Shown: positions 42,431 to 54,608, counted from the first letter of the stretch. The stretch is DNA of 64,000 nt from Octopus vulgaris (GCA_951406725.2 OX597830.1:38068001-38132000); one strand, 5' to 3'. Notes: generated by a model not told the origin, from the letters alone. Translations and numbers: made by a program.

Positions 42431-42974
42431 TTTTTTTTTAATTGTTTGTTCTTTGAATTGACTATTTACTGCACGTTGACAGGAACTAGCCTCGTCCTCC
42501 CGACTGTTATGGAGTACCTGATTCATAGATTTCTCTCAGCCATTGGATTGTGTCACATTTTTATTCTTTCTGAGTACGCAATTTCTGCACCTTTGATTGT
42601 CAATCATTATAATTTGTCTGTGACCTTTCCGCTTCAATTCAGTTGACTCGACTTTACTTCAGTTCTCCTTCCACTCTCCCTCCTTTTTCTTCCACCACAT
42701 AACACTCATACCTACACCTAGACACACACCTCACCATGCCTGACCTTTGTTCATTCCTCCAGCAAATCCACTCTCACGTTGTCTTTTCAAGGTTCCTCGT
42801 CAATGACTGCAACACTCCATACACTTCAGAAATGTAGCCTTCTTTTTCTTTGGACATTCTTCCTTCCGATGTAGTTTACGCTCCCAACACTTTATCACCC
42901 AAATTATAGGAAGCATCGCGCATTCGTCTTGAGCATCATTTGCCGGATATTTGTCCTCATCTTGTTTGTTGTTA

Positions 42975-43018
42975 ACACAACTTTTTGGCTGATATACCCT
43001 CCAGTCTTCATCAGGTGT
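42975..43018 (-). ncRNA. Degenerate minimal hammerhead ribozyme motif
   Basis: ACAC-CTGATGA-A-GACTG-(loop)-CAGCC-AAAAAG-TT-GTGT. The inverted arm at 43776-43792 preserves the canonical CAGCC-GAAAC-GTT-GTGT, so a complete core can be reconstructed. Confidence 0.65.
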
Positions 43019-43148
43019 CTTGGGGAAATTTCAAACCTGGGTTCTCATTCCTAAGGTATTTTTCGATATTATTATTATCATCATCATCATCATCATCATC
43101 AAAATCATCATCGTCATCATCATCATCATCGTCATCATTATTATTATT

Positions 43149-43606
43149 GAGTGAGAGAGCAGCGTGATATCATAGTGACTTTGGGTAAAATATATGAAGC
43201 CCAGTATACCCATCATGACTACCTGTCTGATAACGGTACACCAGGGACATGCATCACAACCATATGTGCGTGACATGGTGATCTAATATCAAGATAACGG
43301 CACATGGCTTTGCAAGTGGGACCCAGTTACAATGTTCTTCTGGTCGAGTAGCGCATCCCGCTCAAAAGGTCCCTGAATAAGGTTTGTTTCAAAATGTTGA
43401 ACGAACCACCCATGTTTCCAAAGGTGAATTATCCAAACCTCCAAGAATTCTTTTCAACACATGGCTATGATGCTACCCCACTACTTCTCCTCGTGATCAG
43501 ATGTGTACATACATATTGTCAGCCACGAAGGAACATGGTCAACTAGTTAAGGTCAAACAACTGACAAGCAAATGTGTGGTATTGAGCAGAATATTTCCTG
43601 AAGCCC
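43149..43606 (-). mobile_element. Non-coding (TAA)n-inserted retroposon, copy 2
   Basis: Homologous to 19854-20250 and about 55 bp longer at the far end. ATT/ATC tracts on both sides. Confidence 0.8.
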
Positions 43607-43679
<73 letters not shown>

Positions 43680-43683
<4 letters not shown>

Positions 43684-43754
43684 TCAATGCCTAAAATCGA
43701 ACTCGAAATCTTGAAGTTAATAGTCTGCGCTCTTAACCTCTACACCATATGCCC
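43680..43754 (-). promoter_or_regulatory. tRNA-derived head with Pol III A and B boxes
   Basis: A-box-like TGGTGTAGAGG (43737-43747) and B-box-like GAGTTCGATT (43695-43704) at tRNA-like spacing. No intact cloverleaf. Confidence 0.65.
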
Positions 43755-43877
43755 ACGGGCATAACGAGGGTATATCAGCCGAAACGTTGTGTTAACAAGA
43801 GACAAGATGAGAACAAATATCCCTCAAATGTAAATAACGTACATAATTCCTCATCTCTTAAGTATAGAACAGTATAA

Positions 43878-43930
<53 letters not shown>

Positions 43931-44325
43931 TGCTTGTGTGTATTCATATGTATATATACATATTGAAGTGGCACGTTGTGTGTATATATGCGCTTTAACT
44001 TCTATAATTTCGGTATTGACAAAGAAAATAGTAGTCACAGAGTTTGTTACAATGCAGAAACCTCGACTCGGTTGCACTGTAGTATCTGCTTCATCACTGT
44101 ATATCGTGAGTTCAAATCTTTCTCCCCGTTTTTCCAGTCCCGGTAAACTTTGTGGTAGACCTTAAATATTTAACCATTTGTGGTTTAAATATTTGTGGTA
44201 GCCCTTAAAATATTTAACCACAACCTATCAAGAACAGTATAGCAACAGGATGATTTACTGGATACTCAGTAGACAATAAACTTAAACATACGTCCATATG
44301 TCCATATGTTCGTACTTATATACGA

Positions 44326-44356
<31 letters not shown>

Positions 44357-44366
44357 TTATGATAAA

Positions 44367-44466
44367 GGTGCATGGCTTAGTGGTTAGAGCGTCGAGCTTA
44401 CGATCTTGAGGCTGTGAGTTCGATCTTGAGGCTGTGAGTTCGATTCTTGAGCAAGACGCTCTATTT
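44367..44466 (+). mobile_element. SINE family B head fragment with internal 22-bp duplication
   Basis: GCATGGCTTAGTGGTTAGAGCG..GAGTTCGAT duplicated, then CTTGAGCAAGAC. Confidence 0.7.
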
Positions 44467-45539
44467 GAACGGCAATATCAATTTCCACTCGTCAACAAGT
44501 GCGTACTTGGTAGATCAAGTTAGCTCTAAAATTAACCATAAAATCATCATATCTTTCAACAATAACAATGTTTGACTTCCACTCTGTTTGCCGTGATATC
44601 CCCTCTTTATGGCGCTGAAGAGGTATTATATAACATTTTCACTTAATATGGACTGTTTTTGTATGAAGTCTGGGGAAAAACCCCCATTGTTTCAAAATAT
44701 GCTACGTATCCTCGAAAAATATAGTCTTTCCTTTAGATCAGAGAGATGATTTGCGAGAAATATATATATTTTAAGAACATGTATGTATTTTGAAACCCGT
44801 TTCATCAAAGGCCAGTTCAATTTCTCTGGAGATGCTTAAAATATCACATGTTCTTTATAGTCGTCAATTGTCTCTGCTACACTGATTTATAATGCCTCAG
44901 CGATTCTTCTATTGTCAAACGTTCCTTTTCAGAGAATTTAGAATTGATCAATTTATAGCGCAATTTATGTTTGATGTCTAGAAGCTGCGTATTTCTGGAT
45001 TGTTGCCACCGAACCAATCCCTGTCTTTACGTGACTTGAAGCTTAAAATATCAACACAGAAGATACGAAGATTTTTATTGAAATCAGATCAGAAAACATC
45101 AGGAGATGAATTTAATTCAAAGGCAAAACGAAATGCAGATACAACGCGACTTCAGAATTTGAAAACGTCCACATTTTCGGAATGTTTGTACTACTAATTT
45201 AAACTTTTTCTGAAAAACTAGTTTCATCTAAGCTCTTCAGGTAATGATGTACTTACAACATAATCTTACGCAAGTCCTCAATGCTTCATGAATGTAACAT
45301 TAATGCGATATGAGGAAATATAATTTGTGGGAGAATGTGTCCAAATGATTTTATGTTTAAGTTGCATATTCAGAAAGACTCATAACATCGGGAAAACGGT
45401 GGCAAACGGAGTTTGATAAATCTGTCACCTAATTCATCAGCTTTATTAATCAGATTGTTCCTAAAAGACAAGTGGTCATCTCCCACATATATTGAGACCT
45501 ATTGCCAATTCAAACGAAGCCATAACCGTAAACTCAAAG

Positions 45540-45763
45540 CTGAAGTTCTTCAGACAACCATGTCTTTAAAATGAACAGGTATACAAATTACAAACTGATT
45601 AAACTCTGTTAGAGCGGGCAAGTTGACATTTAGGTATACTGGTATTTTTTCTCTAGTATTGTCTGAAGTTCTTCAGACAATCGGGTCTTTAGATGAACTA
45701 GTATACAAATCACATACTGATTAAACTATGCTAGAGTACGGGCACTTAGGTATACGGGTATTT
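45540..45763 (+). repeat. Diverged 123-bp tandem duplication
   Basis: Units start CTGAAGTTCTTCAGACAA at 45540 and 45663. Confidence 0.85.
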
Positions 45764-46440
45764 AAGATAACATACATAGACACACCCTTTGTTTGTTGGA
45801 ATATTTACTCATATTCCCAGGGAAGTAATGAGATGTTACTAGCTTCGGAGACAGGTTAAGTTCGAAGCATCTTTTTCTAGTGTTTTGCTTCCAATCCAAC
45901 TCACTGCAATAAATTGACGAAAATGATCTTAAGAAAAATCTACTGTCACATGTTGTTCAGTTTTGTTAATACATGCTTCCAGCAAGTCACTCTGCCTAAG
46001 TCTTTCCGCACCCAACGATAAAGTATTTGATAGACTAACAAAGATAATATTGGTTTTAGGAATCATAAAGTACTGCAGCGTTAGATCATATTGGTTTGAA
46101 AAGAATAAATATAATGGCATGCAGGAGACTACATATCTACCATAGAAATTATAGCAACAGACACTTGTACGACTCAACTACTGCTCTCTAAGAATCAGAT
46201 GTCATGGGCCAATGCCGAAAAGACCTTCAGGCTCTCAGGGGCAAGCACATTTAATACTAGTTATTAAAGTCTCCATCTAGTTTCCTGTCTCTTTCAAGTA
46301 TATGTGATACCCATGCAATGTTACTGCAGACTCGGTCACATATTAGAATATTTTTTATGCCCCTGCACACGAGACTATACATACGTATATATTTATGTGC
46401 ACACACGCATACTCGCATGCATAAGTACACGCAGATACAT

Positions 46441-46542
<102 letters not shown>

Positions 46543-46789
46543 CCCGCGTGTGTGTGAGTGTCTTCTGCAACTTGATATGTTGCAGAAGATATGAAACACA
46601 AAATCGCAATCTTTGTGGAAATGCTATTTTCGTACTATGAAGATGTGTGTTTCATGTTCAAAAATATAATGTGTTAGAATTAGATATAAAGACTAACTAT
46701 ATTTTGCTTTCATTTTTGTTTGAATTCGAAGCATTAGTGACGTTTTAAGTTAGAATTTTTAAGCTTCAGCATCGCACACGATTTCTGTC

Positions 46790-47180
46790 TATGACGCATA
46801 AATGCACGCATTTGCTTCGCAAGCATCTTGCTTCGGGTTCAGTCACTTTGTGAAGCCCGTAGAGCAAGTGTCTAACTTTCGTTTTATTTCGAAGTGACCA
46901 ATGCCTTCTGACTGCATTTGCTAGACGGAAACTGGACGAATGACCGTCATATATGCGACGTGCGTATGTATGTGCGCCTGTGTTTCTGATTGTTTCACCC
47001 CAACGTTTGACAATCGGTATTGCTTTAGGCCCCCGTAATTCCACTGTTCTCCAAAGGGATTCGCTATAATAAGTAGCAGAATTTAAAAAATACGCACTGG
47101 GTGATGATCGGATTCACTAAATCTTTCGAAGTGGTGCTCCGGTTTGGTCACAATCCAAATATTGACGGAAGTAAAAGAAA
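46790..47180 (+). mobile_element. SINE family C, old copy
   Basis: CGGGTTCAGTC, GCAAGTGTCT, AGACGGAAACTG, TTGACAA.CG and GGTGCTCC anchors in family order. Confidence 0.7.
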
Positions 47181-47199
47181 GAATGAAAATTCAATAATA

Positions 47200-47520
47200 A
47201 TTTTTGCTTTTTATTCGTTCCAGTCATTGGGATGCAGCCATAGTGGGGCACGCTCTTGATGTGCTTTCCGCCGAACAAAATGACCAGGAACATAAACAAA
47301 CCGATACCGGTTGTCAAGCGTTAGGGGTGGCGACAAAGACAAACACATGCACACGCAAATGTATACAAGGTCATCTTCCATTTTTCTGTCAACCTAATGC
47401 ACACAAAAGTAGTTGGTCAACTCGCGGCAATAGAAGATACTCAAGGTACCATGAAGTAGGAGTGAACTCGGCAACATGTAGCTGGGAAGCAAGCGTCTTA
47501 CCACCAGCCACAGCCGCACC
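47200..47520 (-). mobile_element. SINE family C, old copy, tail-to-tail with the previous one
   Basis: CAGTCATTGG..GCAGCCAT, CGGTTGTCAAGCG and CTTACCA..GCCAC anchors. Confidence 0.7.
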
Positions 47521-47674
47521 GATATGAACTAAATCGCCTTAGGTATTCAAGATATTGAGGTGTTGTAGCATCTTCGGATCAGCGCCTTTGTTTATATATC
47601 CATAGGTGACGAAGAACTTTAAATTTTCGATAAAATATAATATACTTATATCATGTTATAAAGAGCGCTTTTTA

Positions 47675-48234
47675 TTGGTTGTCCGGAAAGTCCGTGCCGA
47701 TTTATAGTAGCTTACCTTTCGACTTATTTTAGAACATGGTTGAGTCCATAAAATAGGATTTGACTACACCTCCATTTAGAACACAGTTTAAGCTATCTTT
47801 TCGTGGAAGAAGGTTTATGTCCCTATAACCTGTGTTAATTCTGTAACCCTTTAAAATGGAAGATAAGAAATTTCCTTTTCGACACTTGATGCTTTGGGAA
47901 CCAGACAAAAAATGGCTGCAGCTCGGCTGGGATGTGTTACCTCACCCTATATATTTACCAGATATTGCTTCTTCACATTTCCTCTTATTTAAGTCACTGT
48001 AGAATAGTCTTAATGGTAAAAATTCCAATTCCTTGGATGACGTAAAAAGATACGTTGATGAATTCTTTCCCACGAAACCACCTCAATTCTGGGAAGAGGG
48101 TATTTTCAAGTAAAAGGAAAGATGGAGACGCATTGTGCAACAAAATGGTTCATGTTTGGCTGATTAAAATGGCAAGTATTTATTTACCTTTTTCTTTCCT
48201 TTAAAAATCGGCAAGAATTTTCCGGACAACCCAA
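47675..48234 (+). mobile_element. mariner internal-deletion derivative
   Basis: TIRs TTGGTTGTCCGGAAAGTCCGTGCCGATTT / AAATCGGCAAGAATTTTCCGGACAACCCAA with TA on both sides. MEDKKFPFRHLMLW fused to LGWDVLPHPIYLPDIASSHFLLF (YSPDLAPSD motif)..ERWRRIVQQNG. Confidence 0.93.
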
Positions 48235-48892
48235 TATTTATTACAAATTTCGCAAGCCAAATTATTGTAATATAATTTCTTGAGTATATACAATTTTCGG
48301 GAGTATACTCGGCAAGCTTTCTCTAATTAACAGCCGTTTCCTTCTAACAATTTCCTTTAGCGACGTTAAAATTGTAGAATTTACATATTTACAGATCTGC
48401 TTGAACAGAGTTAGCTCGGTGAAACCTTTCTATAACAACATCTATATCGATCTCCGCTGTTATTATGTAGCACCTGTTCATGAGTCATGCGAACATTGAC
48501 GGATTGCATCAGAACTTACATTGTAAGCTTAGTGTGAAATATATTTCATGGTGAAGTTTAAACGAAGTTTACAATCACCCACTTGGATTAGTAAAATACT
48601 TAACAGTAATATCACCGCGTCAAATATAAAAAATATTCCTACGTTCTCGCTAGCACGTGTCAAATAGTATAAAATATGCCACGTTGGCACATACGTATTT
48701 ATAAATGCACTAAAGTTATAGACGTATGTCGAAGAGTTTTACTTTACAACAGCATGCTTCCAATTTCCATCGTAATGTGGGGCACCTCGAGCAAATGCTG
48801 AAGTTCTACGGGAACTGTCGTTTGTGTGCACATGTATGTGTGCCTGTAATATATATGTATTTGCGTGTTTATATGTATATGAGTATAGTAAT

Positions 48893-49622
48893 GGCACGTG
48901 ACTTAGCGGTTTGGGTATTCGGCTCACGATGGTAAACTCGTGCTATAGGGCGGCGAGTTGGCAGAAATGTTAGCACGCCGGGCAAAATGATTTGCGGTAT
49001 TTCGCCTGCCGTTACGTTCTGAGTTCAAATTCAGCCGAGGTTGACTTTACCTTTCATCCTTTCGGGGTAGATTAAATAAGTACCAGTTACACACTGAGGT
49101 CGATATAATCGACTTAATCCGGTTTTTTTTTTTTTTCATTGTTTGTCTTCTCAGTGTTTAGCCCCTTGGGGGTAGTAAAGAAATATGTATTTCGTCTGCC
49201 GTTACATTCTGATTTCCAGTTCGACCGAGGTCGACTTTGCTTTTCATCCTTTCGGGGTCGATAAATTAAGTATCAGTTACGCACTGGGGTTGATATAATC
49301 GACTTAATGCGTTTGTCTGTCTTTGTTTGTCCCCTCTGTGTTTAGCACCTTGTGGGTAGTAAAGAAATAGGTAATGTCGTGATACCCGGCGACGTGTTGT
49401 CTCCTTGAGCAAGGCACTTTATTTCACGTTACTACTGTCCTCTGAGCTGGCGAAAAATGAATAGTGCCTTGTCGCATCATGTGTCAGGCTGAATCTCCGT
49501 GAGAACTATGTTAATGATACACGTGTCTGTGGAGTGCTCAGTCACTTCTACGTTAATTTCACGAGCCGATTGTTCCTTTGATCGGATCAACTGGTACCCT
49601 GATCTTTGTAAGCGATGGAGTG
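48893..49622 (+). mobile_element. SINE family B split by a family A dimer
   Basis: Head at 48893-48942, remainder (core and tail) at 49371-49622. Confidence 0.85.
48948..49370 (+). mobile_element. SINE family A dimer (one head, two core+tail units)
   Basis: GGCGGCGAGTTGGCAGAAATG head, then the unit TATTTCG.CTGCCGTTAC...GGGTAGTAAAGAAATA twice. Confidence 0.92.
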
Positions 49623-50627
49623 GCATATATTTTTTATATATTTGTGTATAAGTATGTATATATGTGTCTATGATATAGCTGTGTGTGCAGGTTAGTGCGC
49701 ATGTGTGTGTGAGAGTGAGCGCGATTGTGTTTCAGCTTGTGTGTGTTTACTAAGTACACGTTTGTTTAATTCTATGTGGCTGTTGTGTCTATGTATACAA
49801 CAGCTCTACAGATACCGAAAGTACAAGACGTTTGTAACCATACCAGTGGTTCTCTTGGATGTGTTGCCGCAGCATGGTTCCAATACAATAACAGAAGACG
49901 GCAAAGCAATAAGCAGTAAAAGAAAACGAAAACAGGTTCACATACATATTAAGATGGTCTTTATGGTGATGATGATGATGGCGAGGTTGTTGGTGATGAT
50001 AATGGCGATGGTCATCGACGTAACTACGTCGGTGGTGATGGTGAAAACCACAACTACGACGATGATGATGTTCCTGATAATGCCTCCCGTTTCACTCATC
50101 GACCATGAACTTTCTGTTATCCGTCTTGTACACAAATCTAGTCGAACACGCGCGTGAGTGACTGAGCATTTCACGCATACGTTCACCGTTCCATACGGTA
50201 AAACTGAAGCCAAATAAACGAGACACAGCTTCTAGACGGTCATAGTGTCTCCAACCACAAATTTGTCTCTTATAAGCCCTTATTCGAGGTATCATAAGAT
50301 TAGATTCAAAACCGGGACCTCTTCGGTGGGGAGCGATATTCCTAAACACATTTCCATACACTCCCGCCATCATTCACGTACGCACACACACACACACACT
50401 CACATACGCACATGCGCATATAGGCAGGCTCACTCACAGACATATGGATCCAGCACGTCTTTTTTCTTCTTTCTCATCAATATTCTAGTCCTTTTCATAT
50501 GCTTCTTTAAAGTCCGCAGAACACTAATAATGAATTACTATTTTAAAATTATAAGTAAATCATCTGTTTGCTAAAGTTTGAAACATTTTATTGTTCCCCC
50601 TCATCCAAGCCTTAGTGACAAATAAAT

Positions 50628-50835
50628 CATCATCATCATCATCATCATCGTAGCTGTCGTCATTCTGTTATAGCTGTTCTTGTTGATGTTGCTGCTGTTG
50701 TTGTTATTATTCTTACTATTATTATTATTGCTTTTTGTTGTTGTTGTTATTGTTATTATTATTACTATTATTATTGCTTTTTGTTGTTGTTGTTGTTATT
50801 ATTATTACTATCATTATTGCCTTTTGTTGTTGTTG

Positions 50836-50870
<35 letters not shown>
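50628..50870 (+). repeat. (ATC)/(GTT)/(ATT) compound trinucleotide repeat
   Basis: Seen directly. Confidence 0.9.
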
Positions 50871-50871
50871 T

Positions 50872-51235
50872 AGGCGGTGCGCTGGCAGAGACGCCGGGCG
50901 AAATGCTTAGCAGTATTTCATCTGCCGTTACGTTCTGAGTTCAGATTCCGCCGAGGTCGACTTTGCCTTTCATCCTTTCGGGGTCGATAAATTAAGTACC
51001 ATTTACGCGCTGGGGTCGATTGCCCTTGTTTGTCCTGCCTGTGTTTAGCCCCTTGTTGGTAGTAATGAAATAGGTATTTCGCCAGTCGCTGCGTTCTGAG
51101 TTCAAATTTCGCCGAAGTCGACTTTGCGTTTCATCCTTTCAGGGTCGATAATTTCAGTACCAGTAAAACACTGGTGTCGATGTAATCGACTAATCTCCGT
51201 CCCCAAATTTCAGGCCTTGTGCCTATAATACAAAT
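50872..51235 (+). mobile_element. SINE family A dimer
   Basis: One head and two B-box/core units. The terminal unit ends with the alternative tail CCCCAAATTTCAGGCCTTGTGCCTA. Confidence 0.9.
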
Positions 51236-51573
51236 GGTTATTATTATCATTTTAAACTATTTCTGTCTTCTTTATCTTGTTCGGATGAATTACTAGAAAT
51301 AGAAATTAAACATGCATTTTTATTACAGTTCATTTATTCGGATTACTATGATTAAAATAGTAATTTATATTTTTGGTTGCCTTTAATATTTTACAGTAAT
51401 AGAATTGAAATGTTGTGATGTACATATATTTCACATAAGAAAGTAGATTTTAATATACTTTTATATAGATTTTGCCGTATGTAGATCCCGGGGCGATGAC
51501 ATGTCAAATTCTTAAAATTCCTGTGGATCTCGCATGCAACGTTCGTCACAGTATTAATATGGTGCATATCATT

Positions 51574-52177
51574 CTTTCTACCCTAGGCACAAGGCCCCAA
51601 ATTTTTGGGTGGTGGCCAGTCGATTAAATCGACCCCAGTGCGTAGCTGGTACTTGATTTATCGACCCCAAAAGATGAAAAGCAAAGTCGACCTCGGAGGA
51701 ATTCAAACTCAGAGCGTAGCGACAGACGAAATAGCGACAGACGACAATTACGTATTTCTTTACTACCCACAAACGTGCTCGGCCTAAACACAGAGGGGTC
51801 AAACAAGGACAGACAAAGGGATTAAATCGATAATATCGACCCCCGTGCGTAACTGGTATTTAATTTATCGACCCCCAAAAGGATGAAAGGCAAAGTCGAC
51901 CTCGGGGGAATTTGAACTCAGAACGTAGCGGCAGACGAAATAGCTATTTCTTTACTACCCACAAGGGGCTAAACACAGAGAGGACAAACAAGGACAGACA
52001 AACGGATTAAGTCGATTATATCGACCCCAGTGCGTAATTGGTACTTATTTAATCGACCCCGAAAATATGAACGGCAAAGTCAACCTCGGCGGAATTTGAA
52101 CTCAGAACCTAGCGGCAGACGAAATACGGCCACGCATTTCACCCGGCGTGCTAACGTTTCTGCCAGCTCGCCGCCTT
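51574..52177 (-). mobile_element. SINE family A trimer with ~17-bp target-site duplication
   Basis: One head at 52177 and three core units. Flanking direct repeat ATATGGTGCATATCATT (51557-51573) / ATATGGTGCACATTATT (52178-52194). Confidence 0.92.
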
Positions 52178-53141
52178 ATATGGTGCACATTATTAGTGTA
52201 AGAAAACTTGAATGGACATTACCTGAGGTTTTGTGTTAATAGGCTGAAAACAATTTGGCCAGGGCAGCTGATGAAAGGCAGTATGTACTCAATAATAAAT
52301 AAACAACTTTATTTTTTCTCCAAGGCTTGTGTATTTATACCGAATGATGATAACTCTCAATTAAACGATCCCAACGCGTTGCCTTCTTGTATAATGAATA
52401 TCGACTAAACAAACCATGAAGTTAGTTAATTGAAGAGAAGAAAAAAAATGAAAAAAATAGATACATAAATAAATAGGTAAATGAATGAATAAATATATAA
52501 ATAAATCAATGAAGGAACAAATAGATTGTTCAACAACACAAAGAAATGAATAACCGAGAACTACGTATCAGGATAGCAACGAAAAAACAGGTGTCCAAAC
52601 AAAAGTAATAAAATATTGAAGAAAGTATACATTATGTACACAGATATATGTAAGAATTGCGACCTTTATTCGAGTGTTTACTTTCTTCGATGTTATTATT
52701 TATATTTAAACTGAGATCGTTGAATAGTAAATTGAAAGATATGATAGAAAATATAAGTAAATATAAGAACGTTTTGTATGTATAGGCTTTATTTTTTCCC
52801 TTGCTGATTATTATCCGCTAAATCATGCCTCGTGTATATATTTATATATTTATATTCTCCTATTATGCTGTATATATATATATATTTTTTTTTTTATACT
52901 AGAGAAGTCCATATGTTCATGATTTGACAAATCTTTATTGATTTTTTTTGTATTTATGTTTAGTTTTGTTGCAATTTTATGTAATTTTTTTCATCACACT
53001 CACTCACACACATACATACACATTCACACACACACATATACACACACGCACACTCAGACGCAGACAGATACACATATACACACACATATGTATATATATA
53101 TATATATATATATACATACATAGATACTTATATACATACAT

Positions 53142-53194
<53 letters not shown>

Positions 53195-53231
53195 CATAGA
53201 TACATACTTATATATATATAAAGCATATACA

Positions 53232-53298
<67 letters not shown>

Positions 53299-54320
53299 AC
53301 GTGTATGAATACACACATACACACGCAAACGCTTGTGCACATATACAGTATACATTTTTTAATATTTTGCTGTCGATGACAGATGGTCGATTTATGTAAG
53401 TACTTCGCATTTCCCCTTCCCCACTCTTTCAGTTATAAAATTGGAAGATTTTTTTCTTTAGTTTTGTCTTATAAAATATCATCTTTATATCATTGTTGAA
53501 GTTAATATCTATGTTATTAATGTTGATTTCTTTTTTCAGTTGATATTTGTCTAGTCATATGTCAATACTATAATCTGTCAACAGATTTATGATTACTGAT
53601 GTACCAAACATGGCTATATCATCTTTCTACATATCTCTATCTACTTTATATTTTATTTCAGACGGTAGTGTGGACTTGAGTGACAATGGGCTGTTATTTT
53701 TTTAGTAGAATGCGTAGCTATTATTTTCAGCAAAATTTCTAGCCTCCTAATGACATACTTTTTAATTGTTATTGTTAGCGGCGGAGGAAACTTTTTCGTA
53801 GTTGGTGGTCATATTGTTTATATAAGAGTTATTGCTGTTGGTGATTTGAAGTTTGGTTCCAGTTTAGCCCCCACTAACAAACGTAGCTATTCCTCTTAAA
53901 AGCGTTATCAGGTGTGATTAAATAGAAATTTGGCTATTATTTCTAGGAGGGTAAGAATATCTTCTTAGCATTCAAGTTGATACTATATATAACTTTGTGT
54001 AGGTATGTGAGTACTAAACTTTAATAGTCAATAATTCTAGATATTTAAAGTTCGGTGTAGTTATCTAAAGAAGGGAGTAAACATTAAGAAATAAACAAAA
54101 CAAAACGCACAAAAACAGCAACAACAACAACAGCAACAGCTTAAGACAAATGCGAAAGAAGTGAATAAAAGTAAAAAAAAAAAATGGGGTAAAATAAATA
54201 TTATGGGAAAAGATGTAAATAAAATAATGTGAAGTGATAAATTACATTTTATATGCTGCTGCTACATTTGTCCGTGTTGATTATGATAAGCAGCGGTTAA
54301 AATAACCTGAAGGACAATAG

Positions 54321-54395
<75 letters not shown>

Positions 54396-54577
54396 CGACG
54401 ACGACGATGATGACGATGATGACGGCGACGACGTCGATGTTGGTAGTGACGGTGACAACAATGAGAAAACGATTCGATCACTACACGGGTGAAGATGAAG
54501 AGGACGTTGATGATGATAACGATGACCGTGTTAAAGATGACGATGATATTATTCAAGATATTGATGATGATGATGAT

Positions 54578-54608
<31 letters not shown>

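Larger units (their letters stand above)
42937..43873. mobile_element. Fold-back non-autonomous element: tRNA-like head + (AAT)n + hammerhead tail, with inverted partial arm
   Basis: 65-bp inverted repeats 42937-43001 / 43766-43830. Central palindrome TATGCCC-AC-GGGCATA (43748-43763). tRNA-like head 43680-43754 (minus). Hammerhead motif 42975-43018 (minus). Confidence 0.7.

Noticed and set aside
43680-43754. tRNA gene
   Set aside because: A/B boxes are present, but the acceptor and anticodon stems do not pair. Treated as a retroposon head, as are the SINE heads.
44612-44730. CTGAAGAGG...CCTCGAAA as a long-stem hammerhead
   Set aside because: Stem II register is wrong for the core and no stem I or III was found.
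48948-52177. Recurrent ~180-bp units with palindromic GTCGAC motifs as a CRISPR-like array
   Set aside because: The units are SINE bodies with no unique spacers, the context is eukaryotic, and there are no cas genes.
52268-52290. CTGATGAAAGG motif
   Set aside because: No downstream GAAA with a pairing stem II.
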